From positions 1 through 55,675 of the forward strand of contig JAGCCV010000022.1 of NCBI GenBank assembly GCA_017651505.1: 55,675 nt of DNA, in the 5' to 3' direction. The notes under the pieces are model-generated. The model saw only the letters and a program-made list of their open reading frames with translations, was not told where the DNA came from and did no database searches. Position numbers and translations under genes: made by a program. Source of the stretch: Bacteroidaceae bacterium. Lineage in GTDB: Bacteria > Bacteroidota > Bacteroidia > Bacteroidales > Bacteroidaceae. Shown here piece after piece: positions 1-7,703 of this stretch; within the stretch, counting starts at the first letter, position 1; each line of letters begins with the position of its first letter.

Positions 1-1
1 A

Positions 2-1087
2 ATGACGCAGGGTGCCCATCTTGCAGCTCTCACAGCCAACTATACAGCAAAGGACGGCGACGTGCTGACAGGTACGCTCGGTGCCAATGTGAAGATTTCC
101 ATCGCTGACGGTGCAGCCGTGACGCTTGATGGTGTAAGCATCAATGCCAATGGTACTTGGGAAAGTGGCGACTATGCTGGTCTCACCCCGCTGGGCGATG
201 CTACCATCACCCTGAAGGAAGGAACGACGAACACCGTGAAGGGATTTAATCAGGACTATCCTGGCATTTACGCCGCTAAAGACAAAACGCTCATCATTAA
301 TGGCGAAGGCTCACTCAATGTCAGCAGCAACGGTATGGCTGCAGGCATCGGATCGGGCTGGTGGGTAGAAAGTGGCGACATCGAGATTCAAAGTGGAACT
401 ATTGTTGCAGAGGGCGGTTCTTTGGGTTCAGGCATAGGAGGAGCAGGAAGCAATAATGGCCATTGCGGTAATATCACCATTCTGGGTGGAAACATTCAAG
501 CCACAGGGGGAAATGCTGCTGCTGGCATTGGTGCTGCCTGTGGTAATGGTGGTGATATCACCATTGGAGGTGGCTCAATAACTGCTGAAGGTGGAGGTGC
601 TGGTGCTGGTATCGGTTGTGGTGGTGGCACTATCGGGAGTATCACCATCACAGCTGGCTTAATTAATGCTACTGGTGGTTTAGGCGCTGCAGGCATTGGA
701 CCCGGGTCAGGTGGTGATTGCAGTAAAATCACCATTCAAGGGGGTACTGTTAATGCCACTGGTGGTGATTATTATCCAGATGGAGATGGTGCTGGTGCAG
801 GCATCGGTACAGGTGCTGATTATTCCACCTGCAACAATATCACCATAACTGGGGGTACTATCGAAGCTATTGGCGGTAAAGATGATGAAAGCGGAGAGGG
901 TAAAACAGGTGCAGGCATTGGTACAGGTACTAGTTCCTCTTGTGAGGGTATTTCCATCACTGCTCAGGTAATCCAGGTCACTGCAACGAAAGGTGGAGAT
1001 GGATCAGAGAGTATTGGTGCGGGCAAAGATGGCTACCTATACAATGATGTGAGTATCGAAGCTGGAGCCAACGTTATTCAGAACTAA
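2..1087 (+). CDS. Gly-rich repeat (GAGIG / ITIxGGxIxAxGG) putative beta-helix surface protein, probably 5'-truncated
   Basis: ORF starts at the window edge with no signal peptide visible; about 8 repeats such as AAGIG..GDITIGGGSITAEGG; strong hairpin after the stop. Confidence 0.7.
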   Translation: MTQGAHLAALTANYTAKDGDVLTGTLGANVKISIADGAAVTLDGVSINANGTWESGDYAGLTPLGDATITLKEGTTNTVKGFNQDYPGIYAAKDKTLIINGEGSLNVSSNGMAAGIGSGWWVESGDIEIQSGTIVAEGGSLGSGIGGAGSNNGHCGNITILGGNIQATGGNAAAGIGAACGNGGDITIGGGSITAEGGGAGAGIGCGGGTIGSITITAGLINATGGLGAAGIGPGSGGDCSKITIQGGTVNATGGDYYPDGDGAGAGIGTGADYSTCNNITITGGTIEAIGGKDDESGEGKTGAGIGTGTSSSCEGISITAQVIQVTATKGGDGSESIGAGKDGYLYNDVSIEAGANVIQN

Positions 1088-1113
1088 TCTTGACGCTATA
1101 ATAGTCGGAATAG

Positions 1114-1145
1114 AGGACAGGCATCCTGATAGGGGTGCCTGTCCT
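1114..1145. terminator. GC-rich hairpin between convergent transcription units, probably a bidirectional terminator
   Basis: aggacaggcatcct-gat-aggggtgcctgtcct inverted repeat; no long U-tract. Confidence 0.6.
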
Positions 1146-1149
1146 TGTG

Positions 1150-1290
1150 TTATTGCGCATCTGGCAGCTCGGCATCATTTCGCTTATAATTCAGATAGAT
1201 GCAGTTGATGCCATTCATGTACTTGTGGTTTATGTTCTTGCACAAGCGCGACAGGATGGCACTTCGCAGGTTATTCTCATCGATATTCAT
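1150..1290 (-). CDS. possible 46-aa small protein, below the ORF-track cutoff
   Basis: Manual translation MNIDENNLRSAILSRLCKNINHKYMNGINCIYLNYKRNDAELPDAQ*; co-oriented with the upstream operon, stop 4 bp from the hairpin; the in-register antisense frame (1135..1356 +) is also open. Confidence 0.35.
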   Translation of the reverse strand: MNIDENNLRSAILSRLCKNINHKYMNGINCIYLNYKRNDAELPDAQ

Positions 1291-1364
1291 CAATTCCTCA
1301 TCGGAATATTTATAAATAGGATTACGCAGAGGTCCCTTGCTCTTTTTGATTATTAGTTGCGTAT

Positions 1365-1802
1365 TTAGGAATTATTCTTGAGTCGATAACCCACACCTCG
1401 GATAGTGTCAATGCTGATATGGCTGTCTGCACTGAGAAGTTTACGAAGTTGCCAAATGAGGTTGTTGAGTGATTGGTCGATGACAATGACATCGGGCCAG
1501 AGCAAACGGCAGATTTCTTCACGAGTCACTGTTATGTTCATACAGACGCAGAGCAGATAGAGTAACTTGCTTTGGTAGATGGAGAGGCGAGTTACCTCTC
1601 CATTTCGTTCCAATGTCTTGCTGGCAGGAGTAAAGGTGTAGGAACCAATCTGGACACTCTGATCCATCAGGATGACATCCGGCTCAAGTTTCTTCACTTG
1701 CTCATTGAGCACACCAAGTCCTTCGGTCACCACACCCTTGCCCTGCAGTGCATATTGCACACTGCTCAGCATGTCCTTGTCTTCTATAATCACAATTTTC
1801 AT
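1365..1802 (-). CDS. OmpR/PhoB-type winged-helix regulator with a truncated receiver domain
   Basis: N-terminal KIVIIED...PDVILMD (receiver beta1 to beta3); C-terminal VTREEICRLLW...SLNNLIWQLRKLL...IDTIRGVGYRL (Trans_reg_C). Confidence 0.8.
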   Translation of the reverse strand: MKIVIIEDKDMLSSVQYALQGKGVVTEGLGVLNEQVKKLEPDVILMDQSVQIGSYTFTPASKTLERNGEVTRLSIYQSKLLYLLCVCMNITVTREEICRLLWPDVIVIDQSLNNLIWQLRKLLSADSHISIDTIRGVGYRLKNNS

Positions 1803-1807
1803 GATGT

Positions 1808-3400
1808 TTATTGCTTTTCAATACCTACAGCCATCATGTAATTGGAGCGTACTGATTTACCCTCTCTCTTGGCAGGTTTCCATTTGGGCATACTTTTGAA
1901 TGCTTGGATAACTTGCTCGTCGAGGGCAGGGTGAAGACTTCTCTTTATTTGTATGTCTGTCAGGCTTCCATCTGTATTGACGATGAAAGAAACGCCAACA
2001 AGACCTTTAGTGTCAGCACTGACATTGTCAGGATAGTGTACTCTATCTCTGACATATTTCAATGCTCCTTGTACGTCACCATCTGGGAACATGGCCCAAT
2101 TATCCAAATCTTTGTATTCATATACCGTGGTATCTGCTTCTGCTACATCAGCTACTTGGCTTACAGGCTTTTCTTTTACCACGCTTTTAGGATCAAAGTT
2201 CATATCTTTCAGGGTAAAGCCCTCGTCTTTGCTTTGTTTGAGTTTGCCAATCAGTATTACATTGTTCATGTCTTCGGCATCCTCTGTTTGGATATACTTT
2301 ATGAACTTGGCAACACCTGCAGGCAAACCAGAGAGGTCTTGCCAATCCATCCACTGCTTCTGCAGATAGAAAGGAGGAATGTTCAGCCTATAATTACCAT
2401 CAACAAAGCCTGTATTAGTTACATCTATATCACCCATCATGTCGAGTATGAGGTGAACATAGCTGCCCTTGAGTGTCTGCTTGTCTATCATAGCCAGCAT
2501 TGACTTGGGTGGATTGGGCTGATAACGTGAAACCAAGTAATAGTCGGGTAGTTCAATATAATTATGCATATTCTCCATGCTATTCAGATTAGTGGTAAAT
2601 TTGGGCACCATTCGATTGGATGCTTCATTGTAATGATAGAGAGAATCCAATCTATCTTGTCCCCACCAGAACATGGAGTAATCCAAGGCCGAGGTGTTTT
2701 GCTCAGAATAAACCTCGTTGCTGAAATCCATCACTTGCGATGCCAAATGATTGGATGGGAGTTCCTGGATTATATTACCCTCAAAGTCCTGGATATAGAA
2801 AGCTGGCTCAGTATTATCAAAACACAAAGCAGCCATATAAACTCGCTTTCTTTCTGCATCAATGTGAAACCTGCCTTTCTTTACTTGCTTTGCCAAAGGA
2901 ATATGCTGTTGGGCATTACCTTGCAGGTCGAAGGTCATTATCTTGTTAGCATTGAAATTGATAAAGTACAAGCGATTATTCGAATCATCAATCTGAGCAT
3001 CATATAATCCATTACGATGTTCGTCAGGGCCATTGCCTTTCTTTGATACAGAGGTGATGAAACTTCCATCTCTATTGAATAGTTTCACTCCTGACTGGTA
3101 TGCCAAAGATACAATGTGCTTGGGACTGACAAAAGTATAGCCATCGCCAATCAAAGCTTCTTGGCGATCATCTAACTTCACGATCTCCAAATCAGAGAGA
3201 AGGAGAGACATTGGGAAATCAATGGTGTCAGTCATCAAATCCATATTGGCTACTACCACTTCATCCCCTTGTGGAGTCACTACTCGTTGTGCCACCACAG
3301 GACTATTGTCTAAGCCCACAGGCTGATTACTTGCTGGGCCACAAGCGCATAGGATGCCCAGAGCAGCCACTGTTGTGGTTGCTAAATAAATGGTTTTCAT
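1808..3400 (-). CDS. lipoprotein: 6-bladed beta-propeller (DUF4934/DUF5128-like) fused to a C-terminal TonB domain
   Basis: Lipobox-like LCAC; LEIVKLD..EALIG and LFNRDGSFI..KGNGPDEH typical of Bacteroidales propellers; C-terminal FPDG..VHYP..GLVGVSFIVNTDGSL..MPKWKPAKREGKSV. Confidence 0.75.
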   Translation of the reverse strand: MKTIYLATTTVAALGILCACGPASNQPVGLDNSPVVAQRVVTPQGDEVVVANMDLMTDTIDFPMSLLLSDLEIVKLDDRQEALIGDGYTFVSPKHIVSLAYQSGVKLFNRDGSFITSVSKKGNGPDEHRNGLYDAQIDDSNNRLYFINFNANKIMTFDLQGNAQQHIPLAKQVKKGRFHIDAERKRVYMAALCFDNTEPAFYIQDFEGNIIQELPSNHLASQVMDFSNEVYSEQNTSALDYSMFWWGQDRLDSLYHYNEASNRMVPKFTTNLNSMENMHNYIELPDYYLVSRYQPNPPKSMLAMIDKQTLKGSYVHLILDMMGDIDVTNTGFVDGNYRLNIPPFYLQKQWMDWQDLSGLPAGVAKFIKYIQTEDAEDMNNVILIGKLKQSKDEGFTLKDMNFDPKSVVKEKPVSQVADVAEADTTVYEYKDLDNWAMFPDGDVQGALKYVRDRVHYPDNVSADTKGLVGVSFIVNTDGSLTDIQIKRSLHPALDEQVIQAFKSMPKWKPAKREGKSVRSNYMMAVGIEKQ

Positions 3401-3426
3401 AATGTTATATTATTAGGGTTATTACT

Positions 3427-5091
3427 TCATAGGCGGAATGTTATTGGTACGGTATAACGCACTGCTACAGCTTCACCATCCTGTATGCCAGGGCTCCATG
3501 TGGGCATAGAGGCAACAATGCGCAGTGCTTCTGCATCCAATGAAGGCTCCACACCACGTAATTTGTAGATATTGCTGATGGAACCGTCTTTGTTGACAAC
3601 AAACTGCACAGTAACTCGTCCTTTGATACCAGCAGCTTTGGCATCCTCTGGATAACGTAAGTTATCTTTGATGTAGCTCATCAAAGCCTGCACACCACCT
3701 GGGAATTCCGGCATCTTCTCCACCACCTGATAGATACCATTCTCATCTATATATGGTGGGTTAATCTGAGAAGTCTTTTCCGAGCTTTGAATTCTGAAAT
3801 TCACAGGCACTGTATATCGAGTGCGTACAGGTTTATCGTTCTGATAACCTGGTTTCCAAGTTGGCATTGAGCGAATGACACGCAGTGCCTCTGCATCTAA
3901 AGAAGGATTTATGCCACGCAATATTTGTACATTGCTGAGCGTGCCGTCTCTTTCAATAATAAACATGGTGGTGACTCGTCCCTCAATGCCTGCAGCTAAC
4001 GCATCAGCTGGATAGCGTACATTGCTGCTGATATAATTCATCAGCTCCACCATACCTCCAGGGAATTCAGGCATGGACTGTACTACTTGGTAGATTACAG
4101 TATCTTCAGGATTTATCTGCGGAGCAGGTTCTTCTAACGGTGGAGTGTCAGGCAATATGTCATTGAGTTGTACTGCTTCCAAGTCTTGGGAGGCAGACTT
4201 TACTTCTGGTCTTGCAAAGGCTGCGATAGCCACAACTGCCAATGGTAAAACGAATAGACTTCTCAATACTGTCCATTTACCAGACTTAGGCCTTAGCATC
4301 ATCACGATACGCCTTTGCAGGTTGCTCTGGTTGAGGCTGTTGGCGATGCTTACCAATCGAGTGCCTACGGCTTTGCGGATTAACATCATTTGGTATTGCT
4401 GAGCATTGATACCTGCAGAAAGTACAGCATCATCTGCCTCATATTCGTGCAAAGTCATCAAGTCCTGCTTAGCCAACCAAGCCGCAGGGTTGAACCATTG
4501 CAAGCAAAGGCATAGTTCACAGAAAAGCAAGTCCCATGAATGGCGATGCGCCAAATGAGCACACTCATGTATCAAAATCTCACGAGGCTGTTGGTAATCC
4601 TCCTCTGAAATAAAGATATAGTGCATCCAGCTGAAAGGTGAAACATTGCCAGGTAACACCACCAGTTTCACATCCTCTTGTGTATAGCCATCAGGCATCT
4701 TCACCTTTTTACCTTGATGAAGCAAGCCACGTATCTGCCACAAAGATGCCATGTTAAATACCAGCATGCCGAGTACACCTAACATATAAACTAATACCAC
4801 TCCTTGGGTCCAAGTGAAAGATGGGTTAGTCGGGACGATGGCATCAGTAGGCTGGGCTTCTACCTCATCAATGAACCAATCTTCAGCATATACCAAAGCC
4901 GTATTCACCTGTACTGGCTTAGAGGTGTGTACCTGTATCAAAGGTAACACAAAACTGAGGGCCAAAAGCGAGAGCAACAGGAATCGGTTGAATCGCCAGA
5001 TGGTCTCTCGATTCAATAGTAAGCGATAGAATAGGTAGGACACTACTAAGCATACCGCCGATTTTAGGATATAAACGAAGAAAGCACCCAT
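3427..5091 (-). CDS. BlaR1/MecR1-like M56 metallopeptidase with two tandem TonB C-terminal domains
   Basis: N-terminal TM helices; SPFSW, HECAH (HExxH), WFNPAAW, HEYEAD; two MPEFPGG..YP..G.V...F....DG..LDAEALR..MPTW.PG repeats. Confidence 0.92.
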   Translation of the reverse strand: MGAFFVYILKSAVCLVVSYLFYRLLLNRETIWRFNRFLLLSLLALSFVLPLIQVHTSKPVQVNTALVYAEDWFIDEVEAQPTDAIVPTNPSFTWTQGVVLVYMLGVLGMLVFNMASLWQIRGLLHQGKKVKMPDGYTQEDVKLVVLPGNVSPFSWMHYIFISEEDYQQPREILIHECAHLAHRHSWDLLFCELCLCLQWFNPAAWLAKQDLMTLHEYEADDAVLSAGINAQQYQMMLIRKAVGTRLVSIANSLNQSNLQRRIVMMLRPKSGKWTVLRSLFVLPLAVVAIAAFARPEVKSASQDLEAVQLNDILPDTPPLEEPAPQINPEDTVIYQVVQSMPEFPGGMVELMNYISSNVRYPADALAAGIEGRVTTMFIIERDGTLSNVQILRGINPSLDAEALRVIRSMPTWKPGYQNDKPVRTRYTVPVNFRIQSSEKTSQINPPYIDENGIYQVVEKMPEFPGGVQALMSYIKDNLRYPEDAKAAGIKGRVTVQFVVNKDGSISNIYKLRGVEPSLDAEALRIVASMPTWSPGIQDGEAVAVRYTVPITFRL

Positions 5092-5103
5092 AACGCTAAG
5101 GGT

Positions 5104-5466
5104 TTAGAGATTGCCTTTCTCTACCATCTTGATGAGCTTCTTCAACTCATCTACAGAGATATCTTCCTTTTTAACCAGTGCAGAAACGGCGTGCATATAA
5201 GAATGGCCGAAGTACTTATCGATGACACCTCGGAAGGTTTGTTGGCCAAACTCTTCGCGTGTCATGGCTGGAGCATAGCGGAAACTGCCTCCGAACGATT
5301 CGTGGGTAAGCAGACCTTTGTCTTCCAGTGAGCGTACTACAGATGATAACGTGTTGATGTGGGGCTTGGGCTCTTCATAGAAATCCATCAACTCCTTCAC
5401 AAACAGTGGACCTTTCTCCCAAAAGAGGTCCATAGCAATCTCTTCTTTCTGAGTGAGTTTAATCAT
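5104..5466 (-). CDS. BlaI/MecI/CopY family repressor
   Basis: LTQKEEIAMDLFW..GPLFVKEL..PKPHINTLSSVVRSLEDKG; directly upstream of the M56 gene. Confidence 0.92.
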   Translation of the reverse strand: MIKLTQKEEIAMDLFWEKGPLFVKELMDFYEEPKPHINTLSSVVRSLEDKGLLTHESFGGSFRYAPAMTREEFGQQTFRGVIDKYFGHSYMHAVSALVKKEDISVDELKKLIKMVEKGNL

Positions 5467-5530
5467 ATCTTAACAGGTTTTATTAGCATTGCCAAACAAG
5501 GTTTGCATGTCGATGCAAACAACTTTCATG

Positions 5531-5555
5531 TGCAAATAAACGAAATAATTTCGTT
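5531..5555 (-). promoter_or_regulatory. candidate BlaI operator overlapping a -7-like promoter element
   Basis: Perfect inverted repeat aacgaaat-a-atttcgtt (5539-5555) overlapping tttatttgca on the minus strand. Confidence 0.55.
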
Positions 5556-5620
5556 GAGCCAAATATTTTCCTGTTAAATTATTCTAAATGATAGTATAGA
5601 GAGATACCCTTACGATATAC

Positions 5621-5656
5621 AAAAAATCAGGCGCTGCTGATGGAGCAACGCCTGAT
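5621..5656 (-). terminator. rho-independent terminator of pheS
   Basis: Stem atcaggcg...cgcctgat followed by a T-run on the minus strand, about 25 bp past the pheS stop. Confidence 0.8.
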
Positions 5657-5679
5657 ATGCATTTCTATAAAAGATAGGC

Positions 5680-6717
5680 TTAGTAAGCTGCTTCGAACTC
5701 ACGGAGGAAACGCACATCGTTCTCACTGAACAAACGAAGGTCGCTTACCTGGTACTTGAGGTTGGCAATGCGCTCGATACCCATACCGAAAGCATAGCCG
5801 GTATAGATCTTGCTGTCGATACCGCATGACTCCAGTACGTTAGGATCTACCATACCGCATCCCAAGATTTCAACCCAACCTGTGTGTTTGCAGAAACCAC
5901 ATCCCTTGCCGCCACAAATGTTGCAGCTGATATCCATCTCTGCACTGGGCTCAGTGAAGGGGAAATAAGATGGACGCAGGCGAATCTTAGTGTCGTTGCC
6001 GAACATCTCACGGGCAAAGGTGAGTAATACCTGCTTCAAGTCGGTGAATGACACACCCTTGTCTATGTACAAACCTTCTACCTGATGGAAGAAGCAGTGG
6101 GCACGGGCACTGATGGCTTCGTTACGATATACACGTCCTGGGCAAATAACTCGAATAGGGGGCTGTGTCTGCTCCATCACGCGAGCCTGTACCGAACTGG
6201 TGTGAGAACGCAGGATGATATTCTTAATCACATTCTCGTTCTGCTCTACAAAGAAAGTGTCCTGCATATCGCGAGCAGGATGGTCGGCAGCAAAGTTCAA
6301 CTTGGTATATACGTGCAAGTCGTCTTCTACCTCTGGACCTTCTGCAAGCTTGAAGCCCATGTGACCGAATATGTCGATAATCTCGTTCTTTACTATGGTA
6401 AGCGGGTGGCGAGTGCCTAAGGCAGCCGGATAAGCTGTGCGAGTCAGGTCAATATCGTCATCTACATTATCCATATTGTCAAACTGATCTTTCAGCGCAT
6501 TGATTTTATCCTGCACTTGGGTTTTCAGTTCATTGATTTTCATACCCACCTCACGCTTCTGGTCGGCAGCTACCTCACGGAAATCGTTCATCAGTCCGCT
6601 GATGATGCCTTTCTTACTCAAATACTTGATGCGCAGGGCTTCCAGCTCTTCCATATTGGCTGCATGCATGTCTTGCACACCCTGCAACGTCTCGTTGATT
6701 TTGTCAATTATACTCAT
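5680..6717 (-). CDS. pheS: phenylalanine-tRNA ligase alpha subunit
   Basis: HPARDMQDTF, LRSHTSSVQ, PGRVYRNE, FHQVEGL, RPSYFPFTEPSAE, GFCKHTGWVEILGCGMV, FGMGIERI. Confidence 0.99.
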   Translation of the reverse strand: MSIIDKINETLQGVQDMHAANMEELEALRIKYLSKKGIISGLMNDFREVAADQKREVGMKINELKTQVQDKINALKDQFDNMDNVDDDIDLTRTAYPAALGTRHPLTIVKNEIIDIFGHMGFKLAEGPEVEDDLHVYTKLNFAADHPARDMQDTFFVEQNENVIKNIILRSHTSSVQARVMEQTQPPIRVICPGRVYRNEAISARAHCFFHQVEGLYIDKGVSFTDLKQVLLTFAREMFGNDTKIRLRPSYFPFTEPSAEMDISCNICGGKGCGFCKHTGWVEILGCGMVDPNVLESCGIDSKIYTGYAFGMGIERIANLKYQVSDLRLFSENDVRFLREFEAAY

Positions 6718-6748
6718 TTTTATTTTCTTAATCTTCGATTAACGGTTG

Positions 6749-6776
6749 CAAAGATATATATAATTCATTATTTTTG
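6749..6776. promoter_or_regulatory. divergent Bacteroidetes sigma70 -7 elements (pheS and the DUF4286-ruvC unit)
   Basis: TATCTTTG on minus (6749-6756) and TATTTTTG on plus (6769-6776) match TAnnTTTG. Confidence 0.6.
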
Positions 6777-6796
6777 CAAAATTAAAATGGCAGATT

Positions 6797-7120
6797 ATGA
6801 TTGTTTATAATACAACATACCATGTTGATGAGGCTGATGAACAACTTTTCTTGAACTGGATACACGAATATTACATTCCTGAAGTACAGAAAGAAGGTAC
6901 ATTAAAAAATCCTCGTGTGCTAAAGGTGTTGGGTCATCATCACGAAGATTGTGAGGACGGACATTCTATGTCGTATGCAGTACAGTTGGAGGCAGAAGAT
7001 ATGGCTACCCTGCACCGTTGGTACCAGAAGCAAGGCGTTGCACTGAACCGGGAATTGTTGTTGGTGTTCCGTCAGCGTGTATTAGGATTCCCCACTTTGA
7101 TGGAGGTAGTAGAACGATGA
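6797..7120 (+). CDS. DUF4286 family protein
   Basis: [35 protein letters not shown]; usual position upstream of ruvC in Bacteroidales. Confidence 0.8.
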   Translation: MIVYNTTYHVDEADEQLFLNWIHEYYIPEVQKEGTLKNPRVLKVLGHHHEDCEDGHSMSYAVQLEAEDMATLHRWYQKQGVALNRELLLVFRQRVLGFPTLMEVVER

Positions 7121-7680
7121 GGTCAGTAAAGGAAAAGATTATTTTAGGTATCGATCCAGGTACTACTGTCATGGGGTATGGTGTGCTGAAGGTGTCATTG
7201 GGCAAACCTTCGCTGATTGCCATGGGGGTGATTGACCTGCACAAATATGCCAACCATTACCTGAAGTTGGCCAAGATACACGAGAGGGTGCTGAGCATCA
7301 TCGAAAGTTACCTGCCTGATGAGTTGGCCATCGAGGCACCGTTCTTTGGTAAGAATGTGCAGAGTATGCTGAAGTTAGGACGTGCCCAAGGGGTGGCAAT
7401 GGCAGTGGCGCTGAGCCGTGATATCCCTATTACCGAATATGCGCCTCTGAAGATAAAGATGGCCATTACAGGTAATGGTAACGCGTCGAAGGAACAGGTG
7501 GCTGGCATGTTGCAACGCCTCTTACATATTGCTGAGGAGGATATGCCGAAGTTCCTGGACGCTACTGATGCCTTGGGAGCTGCCTATTGTCACTTCATGC
7601 AGATGGGTATGCCGAAGGTGGAGAAAAGCTATAAGAGCTGGAAAGATTTTGTGACTAAAAATCCTGATAAAGTTGTTTAA
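7117..7680 (+). CDS. ruvC: Holliday junction resolvase RuvC
   Basis: [53 protein letters not shown]; start moved to ATG 7117 (ATGA overlap with the upstream stop). Confidence 0.97.
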   Translation: MRSVKEKIILGIDPGTTVMGYGVLKVSLGKPSLIAMGVIDLHKYANHYLKLAKIHERVLSIIESYLPDELAIEAPFFGKNVQSMLKLGRAQGVAMAVALSRDIPITEYAPLKIKMAITGNGNASKEQVAGMLQRLLHIAEEDMPKFLDATDALGAAYCHFMQMGMPKVEKSYKSWKDFVTKNPDKVV

Positions 7681-7703
7681 ATTTACCATTTACGAAAGAT
7701 CGT

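Noticed and set aside
3427-5466. Beta-lactam resistance regulation
   Set aside because: No penicillin-binding sensor domain and no beta-lactamase nearby; the sensor part consists of TonB_C domains
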